A stretch of 60,940 nucleotides of DNA from an uncultured Thermococci archaeon (GTDB taxonomy: Archaea; Methanobacteriota_B; Thermococci; Methanofastidiosales; B48-G16). The position numbers were made by a program, and so were the translations under genes. Under the pieces are notes generated by a model, which was given only the letters and a program-made list of their open reading frames with translations, was not told where the DNA came from and made no database searches. Below are positions 38,954 through 48,878 of the stretch, in pieces. The stretch is taken from NCBI GenBank assembly GCA_964595645.1, contig CAZQQT010000012.1, positions 1 through 60,940 of the forward strand, read 5' to 3'. Position 1 is the stretch's first letter, and every line of letters starts with the position of its first letter.

Positions 38954-39505
38954 ATGGATGTGAACATTGACTGGAAAAAAGAGGCACGGGAGTATGCCGA
39001 AGCAATCATTATCGCACTCATCATTTATTTCGGATTTAAATATATTCTCATATTCGCACTTGGGGCTAATCCCCCCTTTGCAGTCGTTGTCTCTGGGAGT
39101 ATGGAGCATACGGAAGAATTTGACCAGTGGTGGCCTCCTAAAGCAGAGCTATATGACCGATTCCATATCGCCCAAGAAGAATTCAGTACCTTCCCTTACA
39201 AAAATGGGTTCTCTCGGGGAGATATTGTAGTAATTAAAGGAGAGGAAATCATCGAAGTGGGCGATATTGTGGTGTTTAAGGTTCCTGAAATGGACGTGCC
39301 TGTCGTCCACCGGGTTGTCACGATCACAGAGGAGGAAGGGGTACGATACTATCTCACCATGGGAGACAACAACGGATTCCCTGATCGATACTACTGGGGC
39401 AAAGAGGGGGTGCCAGAGGAAGAAATCGTGGGGAAAGTAACATTAGTAATTCCAAAAATTGGATATCCCTCTATCTGGTTGAAAGAACTGTTGGGATTGG
39501 TATGA
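38954..39505 (+). CDS. Archaeal signal peptidase I (Sec11 type)
   Basis: VVSGSM, VVHRV, GDNN. Confidence 0.9.
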   Translation: MDVNIDWKKEAREYAEAIIIALIIYFGFKYILIFALGANPPFAVVVSGSMEHTEEFDQWWPPKAELYDRFHIAQEEFSTFPYKNGFSRGDIVVIKGEEIIEVGDIVVFKVPEMDVPVVHRVVTITEEEGVRYYLTMGDNNGFPDRYYWGKEGVPEEEIVGKVTLVIPKIGYPSIWLKELLGLV

Positions 39506-39879
39506 TACGGCTCGCTGTAGATATAGTTATTGTAGAAGAAAACTCAATATATCTAATCAAACGAAAAAACGAACCGTTCAAGGATCACTGGGCATTACCT
39601 GGTGGATTTGTCGAGTACGGTGAAACGGTAGAAAGGGCAGCGGTAAGGGAGGCAAAGGAAGAAACAGGTATGGATGTAGAGCTCCGTGAACTGGTGGGTG
39701 TGTTCTCAGACCCTGAGAGAGATCCACGGGGTCATACTGTGTCCGTTGTTTTCGTGGCAGAGGCCCAAGGCACTCCAAAGTCTGGGAGTGATGCAAAAGA
39801 TATAAAAAGGTTTAAGATATCCCATTTACCATCCTTGGCATTCGATCATGAAAAAATAATCAATGAGGCGATAAGGTGA
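39502..39879 (+). CDS. NUDIX hydrolase
   Basis: Nudix box GGFVEYGE...AAVREAKEETG; RDPRGH, LAFDH. Confidence 0.92.
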   Translation: MIRLAVDIVIVEENSIYLIKRKNEPFKDHWALPGGFVEYGETVERAAVREAKEETGMDVELRELVGVFSDPERDPRGHTVSVVFVAEAQGTPKSGSDAKDIKRFKISHLPSLAFDHEKIINEAIR

Positions 39880-40205
39880 TTTTTTGTAAAGAGTGTGGGA
39901 ATTTGATGTATCCCACTGAAAAGAAGGGCAAAAAAATTTTGAAATGTAGAAAATGTGGTGCAACGGAAAAGGTGGACAAGAACGCCGAAGAGAAATACAA
40001 CCTTGAAGAGAATGTTCATAAATCGGAAAAAACGATTCTCGTTGAGGAAGAGTACGATACAAAACCAAAAGTAAAGGAAACATGCCCCAAGTGTGAGAAT
40101 AACGAGGCTTACTACTGGTTTGTGCAGACGAGAGCAGAAGACGAGTCTGCCACTAAGTTCTACAGATGTACTAAGTGTGGCTATACCTGGAGGGAGTACG
40201 ATTGA
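39876..40205 (+). CDS. tfs: Transcription factor S
   Basis: FCKECG; CPKC..QTRAEDE..FYRCTKCGYTWREY. Confidence 0.93.
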   Translation: MIFCKECGNLMYPTEKKGKKILKCRKCGATEKVDKNAEEKYNLEENVHKSEKTILVEEEYDTKPKVKETCPKCENNEAYYWFVQTRAEDESATKFYRCTKCGYTWREYD

Positions 40206-40507
40206 ATCAGCCTCGAAGAGCACCATCCAAACATAGGAAGATAAAGGATATAGATGAAGATGAAATTAGAATAAGCTTGATAGGGGCTGTTGTATCCAAA
40301 AAAGACTTTGAATTCGTACTGGATGATGGCACAGGACAGATCGAGGTAATGTGTGAGGAAGACGCAGACTTTAAGGAAGGAGACCTTGTAAGAGTTGTAG
40401 GGAGACTGTTTACAGATATCGTACAAGCGGAAATCGTGAGAAAAATAGAAGATATGGATATGGAGCTGTACAATAAGAGTTATCCGTTAATCAAAAAGTA
40501 TTTTTAA
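40202..40507 (+). CDS. Small OB-fold protein (RPA14/RepA-like subunit)
   Basis: RRAP, LDDGTG, VRVVG; TTG start overlapping the tfs stop. Confidence 0.7.
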   Translation: MNQPRRAPSKHRKIKDIDEDEIRISLIGAVVSKKDFEFVLDDGTGQIEVMCEEDADFKEGDLVRVVGRLFTDIVQAEIVRKIEDMDMELYNKSYPLIKKYF

Positions 40508-40671
40508 ACAATTCCCTTTTCCTTTAAAAAATCGACAAAACACTGCCTGCCACAGAAGTAAAGCCGTGAAAGATGATTACTATCTCTCCAGAACTCGAGC
40601 ACGATTCTGTTCTTCCCCTTGATATTAAACTTCTTGCCACATTCTTCACATTCTTTGAACTTCTTCTCCAT
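40504..40671 (-). CDS. 55-aa TRASH/YHS-like zinc-finger protein (absent from ORF track)
   Basis: Hand translation MEKKFKECEECGKKF...LYFCGRQCFVDFLKEKGIV; CxxC...FCxxxC. Confidence 0.7.
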   Translation of the reverse strand: MEKKFKECEECGKKFNIKGKNRIVLEFWRDSNHLSRLYFCGRQCFVDFLKEKGIV

Positions 40672-40759
40672 GGGTCATACTGTGTAGGTTCATATTTATA
40701 GCTTTTGCACCGCATTCTGATGAAAAAACTTTTATACTCTACACCGCTGATTAAAAGAT

Positions 40760-42037
40760 ATGAAAACTGTCTATGTCAGAGATATCGGTGAAAAGATAGG
40801 CGAGGAGGTAGAACTCCGTGGATGGGTATACAGAGAGAGACAACACGGAGGAATTGTATTCGTTGTGTTGAGAGATTCAACAGGTATCGTTCAAGTGAGT
40901 ATCCATAAAAATAATATTGATTCTAACTCATTTAATAATGCTGAGAAGGTAACGGTAGAGTCATCCATCAAGGTAAAGGGGAAGGTGGTTGAGGATTCCC
41001 GGGCACCTACAGGAATTGAGATACGATGTTCTAATTTTGAAATTCTCCACCTTGCTGAGAATTTCCCAATAGAGGAGGATGCGGGTAAAGAGTTTTTACT
41101 TGACATCAGGCATTTGTCTCTGCGAGGTTTGAGACTCACGGAGATCATGAGATCAAAAGAGTTAATAATGCGCGGAGCAAGGAAATACCTGCAAGAAAAT
41201 GAGTGGTATGAGTTATACCCTCCTATAATCACGTGTGCTGCATGTGAGGGGGGAACAACGTTGTTTTCATTGGATTACTACGGAAAAGAAGCTTATTTAT
41301 CGCAGAGCGCACAAATGTACTTAGAAACAGCTATATTCTCCCTCGAAAAAGTATATTCATTGACGCCATCATTCCGTGCTGAGAAGTCGAGAACTCGACG
41401 ACACCTCTCAGAATACCAGCATCTAGAGCTGGAAGCAGCATGGATGGACGACAAAGACATTATGAAAGTTGAGGAAGAACTCGTTGCAGCCATGTGCAGA
41501 GAGATGGCAGAACACGGTAATCTTAAGGAGTTTGAGAGAGAACGGGAGGACCTCCTTCTGGATCTTCCACTTGAACGAATAAGTTACGATGAGGCACTTG
41601 GGATGATCCAAGAAAAAGGAATTGACATAGAGTGGGGAGATGACTTTGGCTATCAGGAGGAGAAGGTTCTTACTGAAGACTTTGATGAGCCGTTCTTTGT
41701 GTACAACTACCCAATGGAAGCAAAAGTTTTCTACATGAAGCAGAATCTCGATGGAAAAACCTATGCCTGTGCAGATCTTCTTGCTCCCAAGGGATTTGGT
41801 GAAATTATCGGGGGTAGCCAGCGAGAGGACGATCTAGAGGCACTTGAAAGGAGAATAGAGATAGAAGACATCGATAAAGAACCGTACGAATGGTACATCG
41901 ATCTGCGGCGATATGGCAGCGTCGTCCACTCTGGATTCGGTCTCGGTATCGAGCGGTTGCTCATGTGGATATGCAACCTGGAACATATTCGGGATGCCTG
42001 CATGTACCCCCGGACAATCACCAGAATGGCACCATAA
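40760..42037 (+). CDS. asnS: Asparagine--tRNA ligase
   Basis: GWV, LRDSTG, CEGG, YLSQS, FRAEKSRTRRHL, GEIIGGSQRE, HSGFGLGIER. Confidence 0.93.
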   Translation: MKTVYVRDIGEKIGEEVELRGWVYRERQHGGIVFVVLRDSTGIVQVSIHKNNIDSNSFNNAEKVTVESSIKVKGKVVEDSRAPTGIEIRCSNFEILHLAENFPIEEDAGKEFLLDIRHLSLRGLRLTEIMRSKELIMRGARKYLQENEWYELYPPIITCAACEGGTTLFSLDYYGKEAYLSQSAQMYLETAIFSLEKVYSLTPSFRAEKSRTRRHLSEYQHLELEAAWMDDKDIMKVEEELVAAMCREMAEHGNLKEFEREREDLLLDLPLERISYDEALGMIQEKGIDIEWGDDFGYQEEKVLTEDFDEPFFVYNYPMEAKVFYMKQNLDGKTYACADLLAPKGFGEIIGGSQREDDLEALERRIEIEDIDKEPYEWYIDLRRYGSVVHSGFGLGIERLLMWICNLEHIRDACMYPRTITRMAP

Positions 42038-42038
42038 C

Positions 42039-42109
42039 GCGGTCGTGGTCTAGTGGTAGGACAGTGGCCCCCCAAGCCTCTAACTCGGGTTCAAATCCCG
42101 GCGGCCGCA
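42039..42109 (+). tRNA. tRNA-Gly(CCC), intronless, CCA not encoded
   Basis: Acceptor GCGGTCG/CGGCCGC-A, D arm GTCT-AGTGGTA-GGAC, anticodon loop CCCCCAA, T loop TTCAAAT. Confidence 0.9.
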
Positions 42110-42238
42110 CTCATTCTTTTCTTCTTTGAAGAATCATATATGTTAGAAGAAAATAGTAAATTTTTATTTGGAAAGTATCTAATATAATAAATAACAAAGA
42201 AAACATGATAAAAAAGATGATGTGAAGGGATAAAAAAT

Positions 42239-42907
42239 ATGTCTATAAAGGAAATTTTTAGAGAAAAGTGGAACGAAACTCCTTTTCTTATCCTTATATC
42301 TTTTTTATTATCTTTCTCTATTGCTAGGCTGTACGTGTTTATTCTTGGTGAAATGGGCGCTGCCAGCAGAATTTTCCCCTTAGAAAGATATATACTCCAT
42401 CATCTTTACTATGGTGTTGCCTTGTTAATCGTGGCTGGTTGGATATCTATAAACTATAAAAACAAAAATCTCCATCGAACTGCTGCAGTACTATATGGTG
42501 CTGGATTGGGAATCTTTTTTGACGAACTAGGACTTATTTTAACAGAATTCGGCAGTTACTGGGACTCAATAACATATACAATTTCTGTCGTGGCTATCCT
42601 GATTCTACTCAATATCGTTTTTTTCTCGGACTTTTGGAAGGAAGTTAGCTCCGATCTTTATGCATTTGTTGAAAGTGGTAATTTGCAAAGAGGTCCGTGG
42701 AGTGCGTTGAATATACTAAAGGTCGCAGATAGAACGAGCGAGAAAATTGAGAAAACAAAAAGTATTACAACAGCATTCGCAGGAGTTATCCTCATAGTCT
42801 CTGGATTCCTTATTCTTCGATATCCCCAGCTTATCTACTATTGGGTGGCTGCAGCCTTCATTCTGAGTGGGATAGCGTACATTCTGCAAGCAATGAAAAA
42901 CGTATAA
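42239..42907 (+). CDS. Conserved hypothetical membrane protein
   Basis: HHLYYG and G.GLG.FFDE motifs, multiple TMs. Confidence 0.7.
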   Translation: MSIKEIFREKWNETPFLILISFLLSFSIARLYVFILGEMGAASRIFPLERYILHHLYYGVALLIVAGWISINYKNKNLHRTAAVLYGAGLGIFFDELGLILTEFGSYWDSITYTISVVAILILLNIVFFSDFWKEVSSDLYAFVESGNLQRGPWSALNILKVADRTSEKIEKTKSITTAFAGVILIVSGFLILRYPQLIYYWVAAAFILSGIAYILQAMKNV

Positions 42908-42911
42908 AAGT

Positions 42912-43166
42912 TCACCACGAGACCTCAATCGCATCTTCTGGACAGATGTCAATACACTTTCCACAGCGGCTACACACGGAGAGCCAGACCGGCGTGATCC
43001 GCCAATGTTGCGGATCGTGTGAATCCCTTTCCTCAGCACCGATAGTAGGATGCATTAAAAAGACGGCGGGATCACAGATCTTCAGGCATCTGCCGCATTT
43101 CCGTGGATCTACTTCTCCGTTTTCGCCACATTTTGTGTAATCAATTGTAATTGTTGTTTTTCCCAC
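42912..43166 (-). CDS. Small 4Fe-4S ferredoxin-like protein
   Basis: IDYTKC..CGRCLKIC; CSRCGKCIDICP; GTG start after AGGTGG. Confidence 0.8.
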   Translation of the reverse strand: MGKTTITIDYTKCGENGEVDPRKCGRCLKICDPAVFLMHPTIGAEERDSHDPQHWRITPVWLSVCSRCGKCIDICPEDAIEVSW

Positions 43167-43174
43167 AGTACCAC

Positions 43175-44044
43175 CTAGTACTCTCCGTCAAATCCCGGAA
43201 ATTCTTCCCGGGGAACAAGGTGGAGTGCATCATGTGCACATACGTGCCGGCAGATCCCACATCCGAAACATTTGTCGTAGTCAATGATAACACGATCCTG
43301 TGAAGGGATGTACCGAATTGCGTTAAACTGACACATTGCTACACATGCTTTGCAGCCCTGACATGCATCGTGATCCAGTTGGATGATATACTCAGCCTTG
43401 TACACGGATTTCAAATCAAAATTGTTCCGCAACCGAAGTCCGCCACACTCCGGACTTTCGCATGAACATATCGCGTTGATGTACGGCACGGGCTGGAACC
43501 ATACCGTGGCAACGTAACCCTTTTTATTATGTTCCTCCAAGCGTTCCATCGCCTCTTCCCGATCGATCCGCACCGTTTTCTCCTTTGGAATGAACCTTGG
43601 GAGTTTCTCAATGATACCGGAGAGCACGCCAAAGTTGATACAGCACGCTTCTTTCTCTCCCCGTTGCATCCAGCGGCACATACAGTAATTTTCAATGATC
43701 GGTTCTGCCGCTAGTTCGGAAAGGATGATCTTCCCATCTTCAAATGGAATCACCTGCCCAAAATGGCCATCTGCCCGTATAGGATTCCTATTTTTACTCT
43801 CGCTGTGTATCATTCGCTCCGCGTTCCATCGGATCAATCTCCCGATGATCGGCATTTGGAGTTTGTATCCGAGTCCAATAGAAGAGAAACCCATGATTTT
43901 TCGGATAAATACCTGTTCAAAGTTCATCCACTGCTCAGTGAGGTATTCTTCCAGATCTAGCTCCTTGGCAAGCGTATCAGAATAGTTTTTTGCGTTCATA
44001 TACCATTTTTTTCCATTGCCGTGTTTCAGACACCAGTCACACAT
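43175..44044 (-). CDS. Cys-rich Fe-S protein with C-terminal 2x[4Fe-4S] domain
   Basis: MCDWCLKHG, CMCR, ICSC...C, CQGCKACVAMC, CFGCGICRHVC. Confidence 0.85.
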   Translation of the reverse strand: MCDWCLKHGNGKKWYMNAKNYSDTLAKELDLEEYLTEQWMNFEQVFIRKIMGFSSIGLGYKLQMPIIGRLIRWNAERMIHSESKNRNPIRADGHFGQVIPFEDGKIILSELAAEPIIENYCMCRWMQRGEKEACCINFGVLSGIIEKLPRFIPKEKTVRIDREEAMERLEEHNKKGYVATVWFQPVPYINAICSCESPECGGLRLRNNFDLKSVYKAEYIIQLDHDACQGCKACVAMCQFNAIRYIPSQDRVIIDYDKCFGCGICRHVCAHDALHLVPREEFPGFDGEY

Positions 44045-44117
44045 AGAATGCGATGAAAAGAAAAATATAAAAAATTTTTGTTGTTCTGAGCTATATGTTA
44101 AAGATATATACGGTTAT

Positions 44118-44786
44118 TTATTCTTCTGTAGAGTATTCTTTGATCATCTCTTGAAAGGCATTGTAGGCACTCACAGCATCTTTTTCTGCTATTATGAAAA
44201 TTATCTCTGTCATGGTTGAAATATTCTCAAAAATATTGATATTTTCCCATGCGAGCTTTCTCGTTGCAAGAGAGAGGATTCCGGGTGTATAAAGGAATTC
44301 ATCAGTCACTTTCAACGTTAAAGATACTAAGTTTTTCTCAATATTAAAGATTTTTTCATCCTGTAAGGCGTCTCTTAATTTTTTTAGATATTTTTGAGAA
44401 ATGACAATGGCTATCTCATGGTTCCCATGGAGAACATTGAGTGTGTCTCCTTTTTCGTAATTAACCATATCATACATCTTTTCAATTTTTTCCAATGCCG
44501 AAGGAGTTCGTACAATACAAATATCGCACAGGTTGGTCTTCATGATGATCTCTCGATTGAACTCAAAGGGTTGTTGTACAACAGTCTTTTTTTGCAAATT
44601 TTCTGCATGTCTGCGAAGAGCCATACTGATTGCCGAACGTTTCGCCTCTTTCCCTAGTTCCGACTCAATTTTAGGCTTCATTTTTTTAGAAAGATTCCCA
44701 TAACTTACTATTCCTTCAATTAACGCTTCCTGCAACATTGGGCGTGAGTCCACTGTTTTCTTTACGATATGACTTATTGTTACCAT
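44118..44786 (-). CDS. ACT-domain protein with N-terminal helical domain (putative regulator)
   Basis: TPGIL...LAWENINI.E.IST.TE ACT signature; divergent from the lys operon. Confidence 0.75.
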   Translation of the reverse strand: MVTISHIVKKTVDSRPMLQEALIEGIVSYGNLSKKMKPKIESELGKEAKRSAISMALRRHAENLQKKTVVQQPFEFNREIIMKTNLCDICIVRTPSALEKIEKMYDMVNYEKGDTLNVLHGNHEIAIVISQKYLKKLRDALQDEKIFNIEKNLVSLTLKVTDEFLYTPGILSLATRKLAWENINIFENISTMTEIIFIIAEKDAVSAYNAFQEMIKEYSTEE

Positions 44787-44805
44787 AACATATTCACCTT
44801 AAGTT

Positions 44806-44843
44806 TGTTGTTATGCCAACATTAAGTTTTAATAGTATTAAAA
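44806..44843. promoter_or_regulatory. Palindromes in the divergent ACT/lysW promoter region
   Basis: tgttg-ttatgc-caaca (44806-44821) and ttttaata-g-tattaaaa (44827-44843). Confidence 0.4.
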
Positions 44844-44888
44844 ATTATTCCCTCTCTGAGTTTTTTACTCACACACAAAGAGGTGAAT

Positions 44889-45056
44889 ATGATGGCAGAA
44901 TGTATAGTTTGTGGTATAAAAATGACCATACCTGAGGATACAGAAGTAAACGAAATAATACTATGCGAGGAATGTGAAACAGAGTTAGAAGTAGTGGGGT
45001 TAAACCCGATAGAACTACAAATGGCTCCTGAGATAGAAGAAGATTGGGGAGAGTAA
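44889..45056 (+). CDS. lysW: Amino-group carrier protein LysW (absent from ORF track)
   Basis: Hand translation MMAECIVCG...CEECETELEV...EEDWGE; GAGGTGA RBS. Confidence 0.96.
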   Translation: MMAECIVCGIKMTIPEDTEVNEIILCEECETELEVVGLNPIELQMAPEIEEDWGE

Positions 45057-45075
45057 CACTGCTTTCAGTGAGAAA

Positions 45076-46230
45076 ATGGTGCAGGTACTCGATTCTACAC
45101 TCCGCGAGGGAGAACAAACACCCGGTGTATACTTTGATAGTCATATAAAACTTGCTATTGCCGATCTTCTGGATAGAGTAGGAGTAAATTTCATTGAAGC
45201 GGGACATCCTGCAGTAAACATCGAAATAGAACATGCCGTACAACAGATATCTCAGAAGAATCTCAGTGCGGAAGTGGGGGCCCATTCCCGCAGTCTTAAA
45301 AAGGACGTTGATCAGGGGCTTGAATGTGGTGTGACGTTTTTAGGAATATTCTACTGTGTTTCCAGGGAGAGACTCAATGGAGTATTCAACCACTCGTTTT
45401 CTGACGCTGTAGAGAAGATCACCGGTGTCATTGGATATGCAAAGGAGCGAGATCCCAACCTGACAATAAGGTACACTCCAGAGGATACGTTGCGATCTTC
45501 CTTTCAGAACGTGCTTAGAGTGGCAGAAGCTGCAGTACATGCCGGTGCAGACATCATCAGTGTTGCAGATACTACCGGATACGCCATCCCAGGAACGGAA
45601 AGGAGTATGTTCACCTATGTGAAAAAACTAGAACAAGGACTCGAAGATCGAGATCTCTTTCCGAAAATAGCTGTTCATTGCCACAATGACAGAGGTCTCG
45701 CTCTAGCGAACGCACTTGATGGGTATAGAGCGGGTGCTGACATAATTGATGTGTCCGTTCTCGGTCTTGGAGAACGAGCAGGTATCGTTGATCTCGCACA
45801 GCTCCTCACTGTCCTAAAAGTTGACTTTAAAGAAAATAAAAACTGGAAGTTAGAGTTACTCCCTGAATTATACTCCCTTGTGAGCAGATATTCAGGTGCT
45901 CCCATCCCCATCAATTTTCCTAAGACGGGAAAAAATGCATTTACTCATTGTGCGGGGATTCATACCCACGCCGCAATGAAGGACCCCCTTCACTATGAAA
46001 GCCTCGATCCCGGACTGGTAGGAAGGCACAGAAGGATATGTCTGGATCATATGGCAGGTCGGGCTTCTGTGCGATACGCATTGGAGAAGATCGGTGAAAC
46101 ACCGGAGAAAGAACTTATTTCGACGGTGTTGAGAGTGGTAAAATCAATCGGTAGAAAGGGAAGAACTGTAGGATTGGAGGAGTTAGAGCATATAGTGAAT
46201 TTCTGTAAGAATCAGATGATACAGAAGTGA
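45076..46230 (+). CDS. Homocitrate synthase (DRE-TIM, LeuA family)
   Basis: [29 protein letters not shown]; inside the lys operon. Confidence 0.8.
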   Translation: MVQVLDSTLREGEQTPGVYFDSHIKLAIADLLDRVGVNFIEAGHPAVNIEIEHAVQQISQKNLSAEVGAHSRSLKKDVDQGLECGVTFLGIFYCVSRERLNGVFNHSFSDAVEKITGVIGYAKERDPNLTIRYTPEDTLRSSFQNVLRVAEAAVHAGADIISVADTTGYAIPGTERSMFTYVKKLEQGLEDRDLFPKIAVHCHNDRGLALANALDGYRAGADIIDVSVLGLGERAGIVDLAQLLTVLKVDFKENKNWKLELLPELYSLVSRYSGAPIPINFPKTGKNAFTHCAGIHTHAAMKDPLHYESLDPGLVGRHRRICLDHMAGRASVRYALEKIGETPEKELISTVLRVVKSIGRKGRTVGLEELEHIVNFCKNQMIQK

Positions 46231-46234
46231 TAAG

Positions 46235-47074
46235 ATGAAAATAGGATTTTTGCATTCAATAATACGGAAAGATGAGAAGTTTTTGCTCCACGAGTTCAGA
46301 AAAAGAGGCGTATCTCCTGTAAGGATAGACGATAGAACACATATTTTCGATCTTCATGAAAAAGAGTGCGAACTCGATGTTGTACTGGAACGGTGCATTA
46401 ATCGATCCAGGGCACTCCATTCATTAAAAGTCTTCAATGATCACGGCGTACCAACGGTAAACAGCTATGAGGTTACCAATGTCTGCGGAAGTAAGTTTCT
46501 CACAACAGAAGCACTGGTTAGCCACAGTGTTCCCACCCCACGATGTTTTATTGCTTTTACACTGAACTCGGCACTGGGGGCAATAGAGAGAATAGGATAT
46601 CCCTGCGTCATAAAGCCAAACATGGGATCTTGGGGAAGGCTGATCTCCAAGATCAACGACAGAGAAGCGGCAGAAGCAGTTCTTGAGCACAAGAAAATTC
46701 TCGGCAGTTACCACCACTCCATCTTTTACATACAGGAATACGTAGAGAAAGAGGGGAGAGATATACGAAGTTTTGTTGTGGGTGATGAGTGTATTGCAGC
46801 GATCTATCGGAGTTCGGAACACTGGATCACCAACACCGCACGAGGGGGAGAGACCTCACGTTGCGAAATCACGTCAGAAATAGCTGAACTTTCAGTTCAC
46901 GCCGCCGAAGCAGTTGGAGGTGGTGTAGTGGCAATCGATCTCTTTGAAACGAGGAGAGAGCTCATGGTGAACGAGGTAAATTCCACTATGGAATTTAAAA
47001 ACAGTATTGACGTTACCGGGGTAAATATCCCGGGTAAGGTGGTAGAGTACGTGATGGAGGTGGCAAAACAATGA
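46235..47074 (+). CDS. lysX: Alpha-aminoadipate--LysW ligase
   Basis: [21 protein letters not shown] (LysX-type rather than ArgX-type). Confidence 0.93.
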   Translation: MKIGFLHSIIRKDEKFLLHEFRKRGVSPVRIDDRTHIFDLHEKECELDVVLERCINRSRALHSLKVFNDHGVPTVNSYEVTNVCGSKFLTTEALVSHSVPTPRCFIAFTLNSALGAIERIGYPCVIKPNMGSWGRLISKINDREAAEAVLEHKKILGSYHHSIFYIQEYVEKEGRDIRSFVVGDECIAAIYRSSEHWITNTARGGETSRCEITSEIAELSVHAAEAVGGGVVAIDLFETRRELMVNEVNSTMEFKNSIDVTGVNIPGKVVEYVMEVAKQ

Positions 47075-48093
47075 AGGGAAGCATCGTCGGAGCCAGTGGC
47101 TATGTTGGTGGGGAGCTCCTTCGGTTACTATTACATCACCCGGAAGTAGAGCTTCATCAGGTTACTTCAGAATGTTTTCAAGGTAAAATGATCTCAACAG
47201 TTCATCCCAACCTGAGGAATCAGACGACTCATCGCTTTTGCAGTGTTGAGGATCTGGAAGATGTCGATCTCCTATTCACCGCTCTTCCTCACACAACGTT
47301 GATGGAACAATTTGATACCCTTAATGGGGTATCTGAAAAACTAATCGATCTCTCAGCAGACTTTCGCTTAAAAAATCCAGAAGTGTACAGAAGATGGTAT
47401 GGTGTAGAACATTCAAGGCCGGAACTGCTTGAAAGGTTTGTTTACGGTATCGTGGAACTCCACAGAGAAGAGATAAAAAAAGCACGGTATGTCAGTGGTG
47501 CGGGATGCAACGCAACCGCTGTGATTCTTTCACTGTATCCTCTTATTGTAAACGGAATTATTGACACAGAACAACCCGTAACAGTAGAGGCCAAATGTGG
47601 TTCATCTCAAGGAGGAAACACTGGTTCTCCAGCTTCACACCATCCAGAGAGAAGTGGATGTGTGCGACCGTACAAACCAACCGGACACAGACACACTGCA
47701 GAAATAATCCAGGAGCTTGGTACAGAACTTTATTTTTCGGCAACTGCAATTGAGATGGTGAGGGGTATCTCCATCACAGCAAATCTCTTCCTCAATGGAA
47801 ACTATAGGGAAAGGGACATATGGGCTTTGTATAGGAAAGAGTACGGAGGTGAGCCTTTTATACGAATAGTCAAATCGAGAACTGGAATTTATAGGTATCC
47901 AGAACCAAAAATACTCACAGGGGCAAATTACTGTGATATAGGATTTGAACTGGATGAACACAGGCTCGTTGTAATTGGTGCCATCGATAACCTAATGAAA
48001 GGTGCAGCAGGACAAGCAGTCCATGCAATGAACGTGATGTGTGGATTCGATGAGAAAGCAGGACTTGAATTCACCGGGGTGCATCCGATATGA
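47071..48093 (+). CDS. lysY: LysW-gamma-aminoadipyl-phosphate reductase
   Basis: [30 protein letters not shown]. Confidence 0.92.
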   Translation: MKGSIVGASGYVGGELLRLLLHHPEVELHQVTSECFQGKMISTVHPNLRNQTTHRFCSVEDLEDVDLLFTALPHTTLMEQFDTLNGVSEKLIDLSADFRLKNPEVYRRWYGVEHSRPELLERFVYGIVELHREEIKKARYVSGAGCNATAVILSLYPLIVNGIIDTEQPVTVEAKCGSSQGGNTGSPASHHPERSGCVRPYKPTGHRHTAEIIQELGTELYFSATAIEMVRGISITANLFLNGNYRERDIWALYRKEYGGEPFIRIVKSRTGIYRYPEPKILTGANYCDIGFELDEHRLVVIGAIDNLMKGAAGQAVHAMNVMCGFDEKAGLEFTGVHPI

Positions 48094-48878
48094 TGGTCGT
48101 AAAGGTCGGTGGAGCTCAAGGGATAGATTACGATGCTGTACTACAGGATGTGGCCAACTATAAGGATCTAGTGTTAATTCACGGTGGATCATGTGAGTTG
48201 AATACCTTCGTAGAAAGGCTGGGGAAAAAACCGAAGATGGTCACCTCGGCTTCAGGGTATGTCTCCAGAAGAACGGATAGAGAAACCATGGAACTCTTTA
48301 CCATGGTCTATGCCGGAAAGATGAACAAGATGGTGGTGGAAAAACTTCAGCAGCTGAATGTCAATGCAGTTGGGCTGAGTGGAATAGATGGAAGGCTGCT
48401 TATGGGAAAAAGAAAGAACATTGTTATTGTAGAAAATGGTAAGAAAAAGGTGCTTCGAGACGATTATACCGGCAGACCTGAAAAAGTCAACACTGAGCTG
48501 CTCCTATCACTTCTGGAAAAGGGATATCTCCCCGTGGTCACGCCCCCTGCACTAAGTTACCAGAGGGAGAGGATCAACGCTGACGGTGATAGAGCGGCCG
48601 CTCTAATTGCAAGTTCCTTGGAAGCTGACACGCTCATCCTTCTGTCAAACGTTCCCGGATTGCTGCGAAATCCTGAAGATGAGGAGAGTCTGATAGAGAG
48701 GATAGACAAAAAGAGTATGGGCACTGCCATGGACTACGCTCATGGAAGAATGAAGAAGAAGATAATGGGGGCTGTTGAAGCGTTGGAAAAAGGTGTTGGT
48801 CAGGTAATCTTGGGAGACGCTCGTATAGAAAATCCGGTGACAGAAGCGCTGAGAGGGAAAGGAACGGTGATTCAATGA
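48090..48878 (+). CDS. lysZ: LysW-aminoadipate kinase
   Basis: VVKVGG, HGG, SRRTD, NADGDRAA, GRMKKK. Confidence 0.92.
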   Translation: MMVVKVGGAQGIDYDAVLQDVANYKDLVLIHGGSCELNTFVERLGKKPKMVTSASGYVSRRTDRETMELFTMVYAGKMNKMVVEKLQQLNVNAVGLSGIDGRLLMGKRKNIVIVENGKKKVLRDDYTGRPEKVNTELLLSLLEKGYLPVVTPPALSYQRERINADGDRAAALIASSLEADTLILLSNVPGLLRNPEDEESLIERIDKKSMGTAMDYAHGRMKKKIMGAVEALEKGVGQVILGDARIENPVTEALRGKGTVIQ

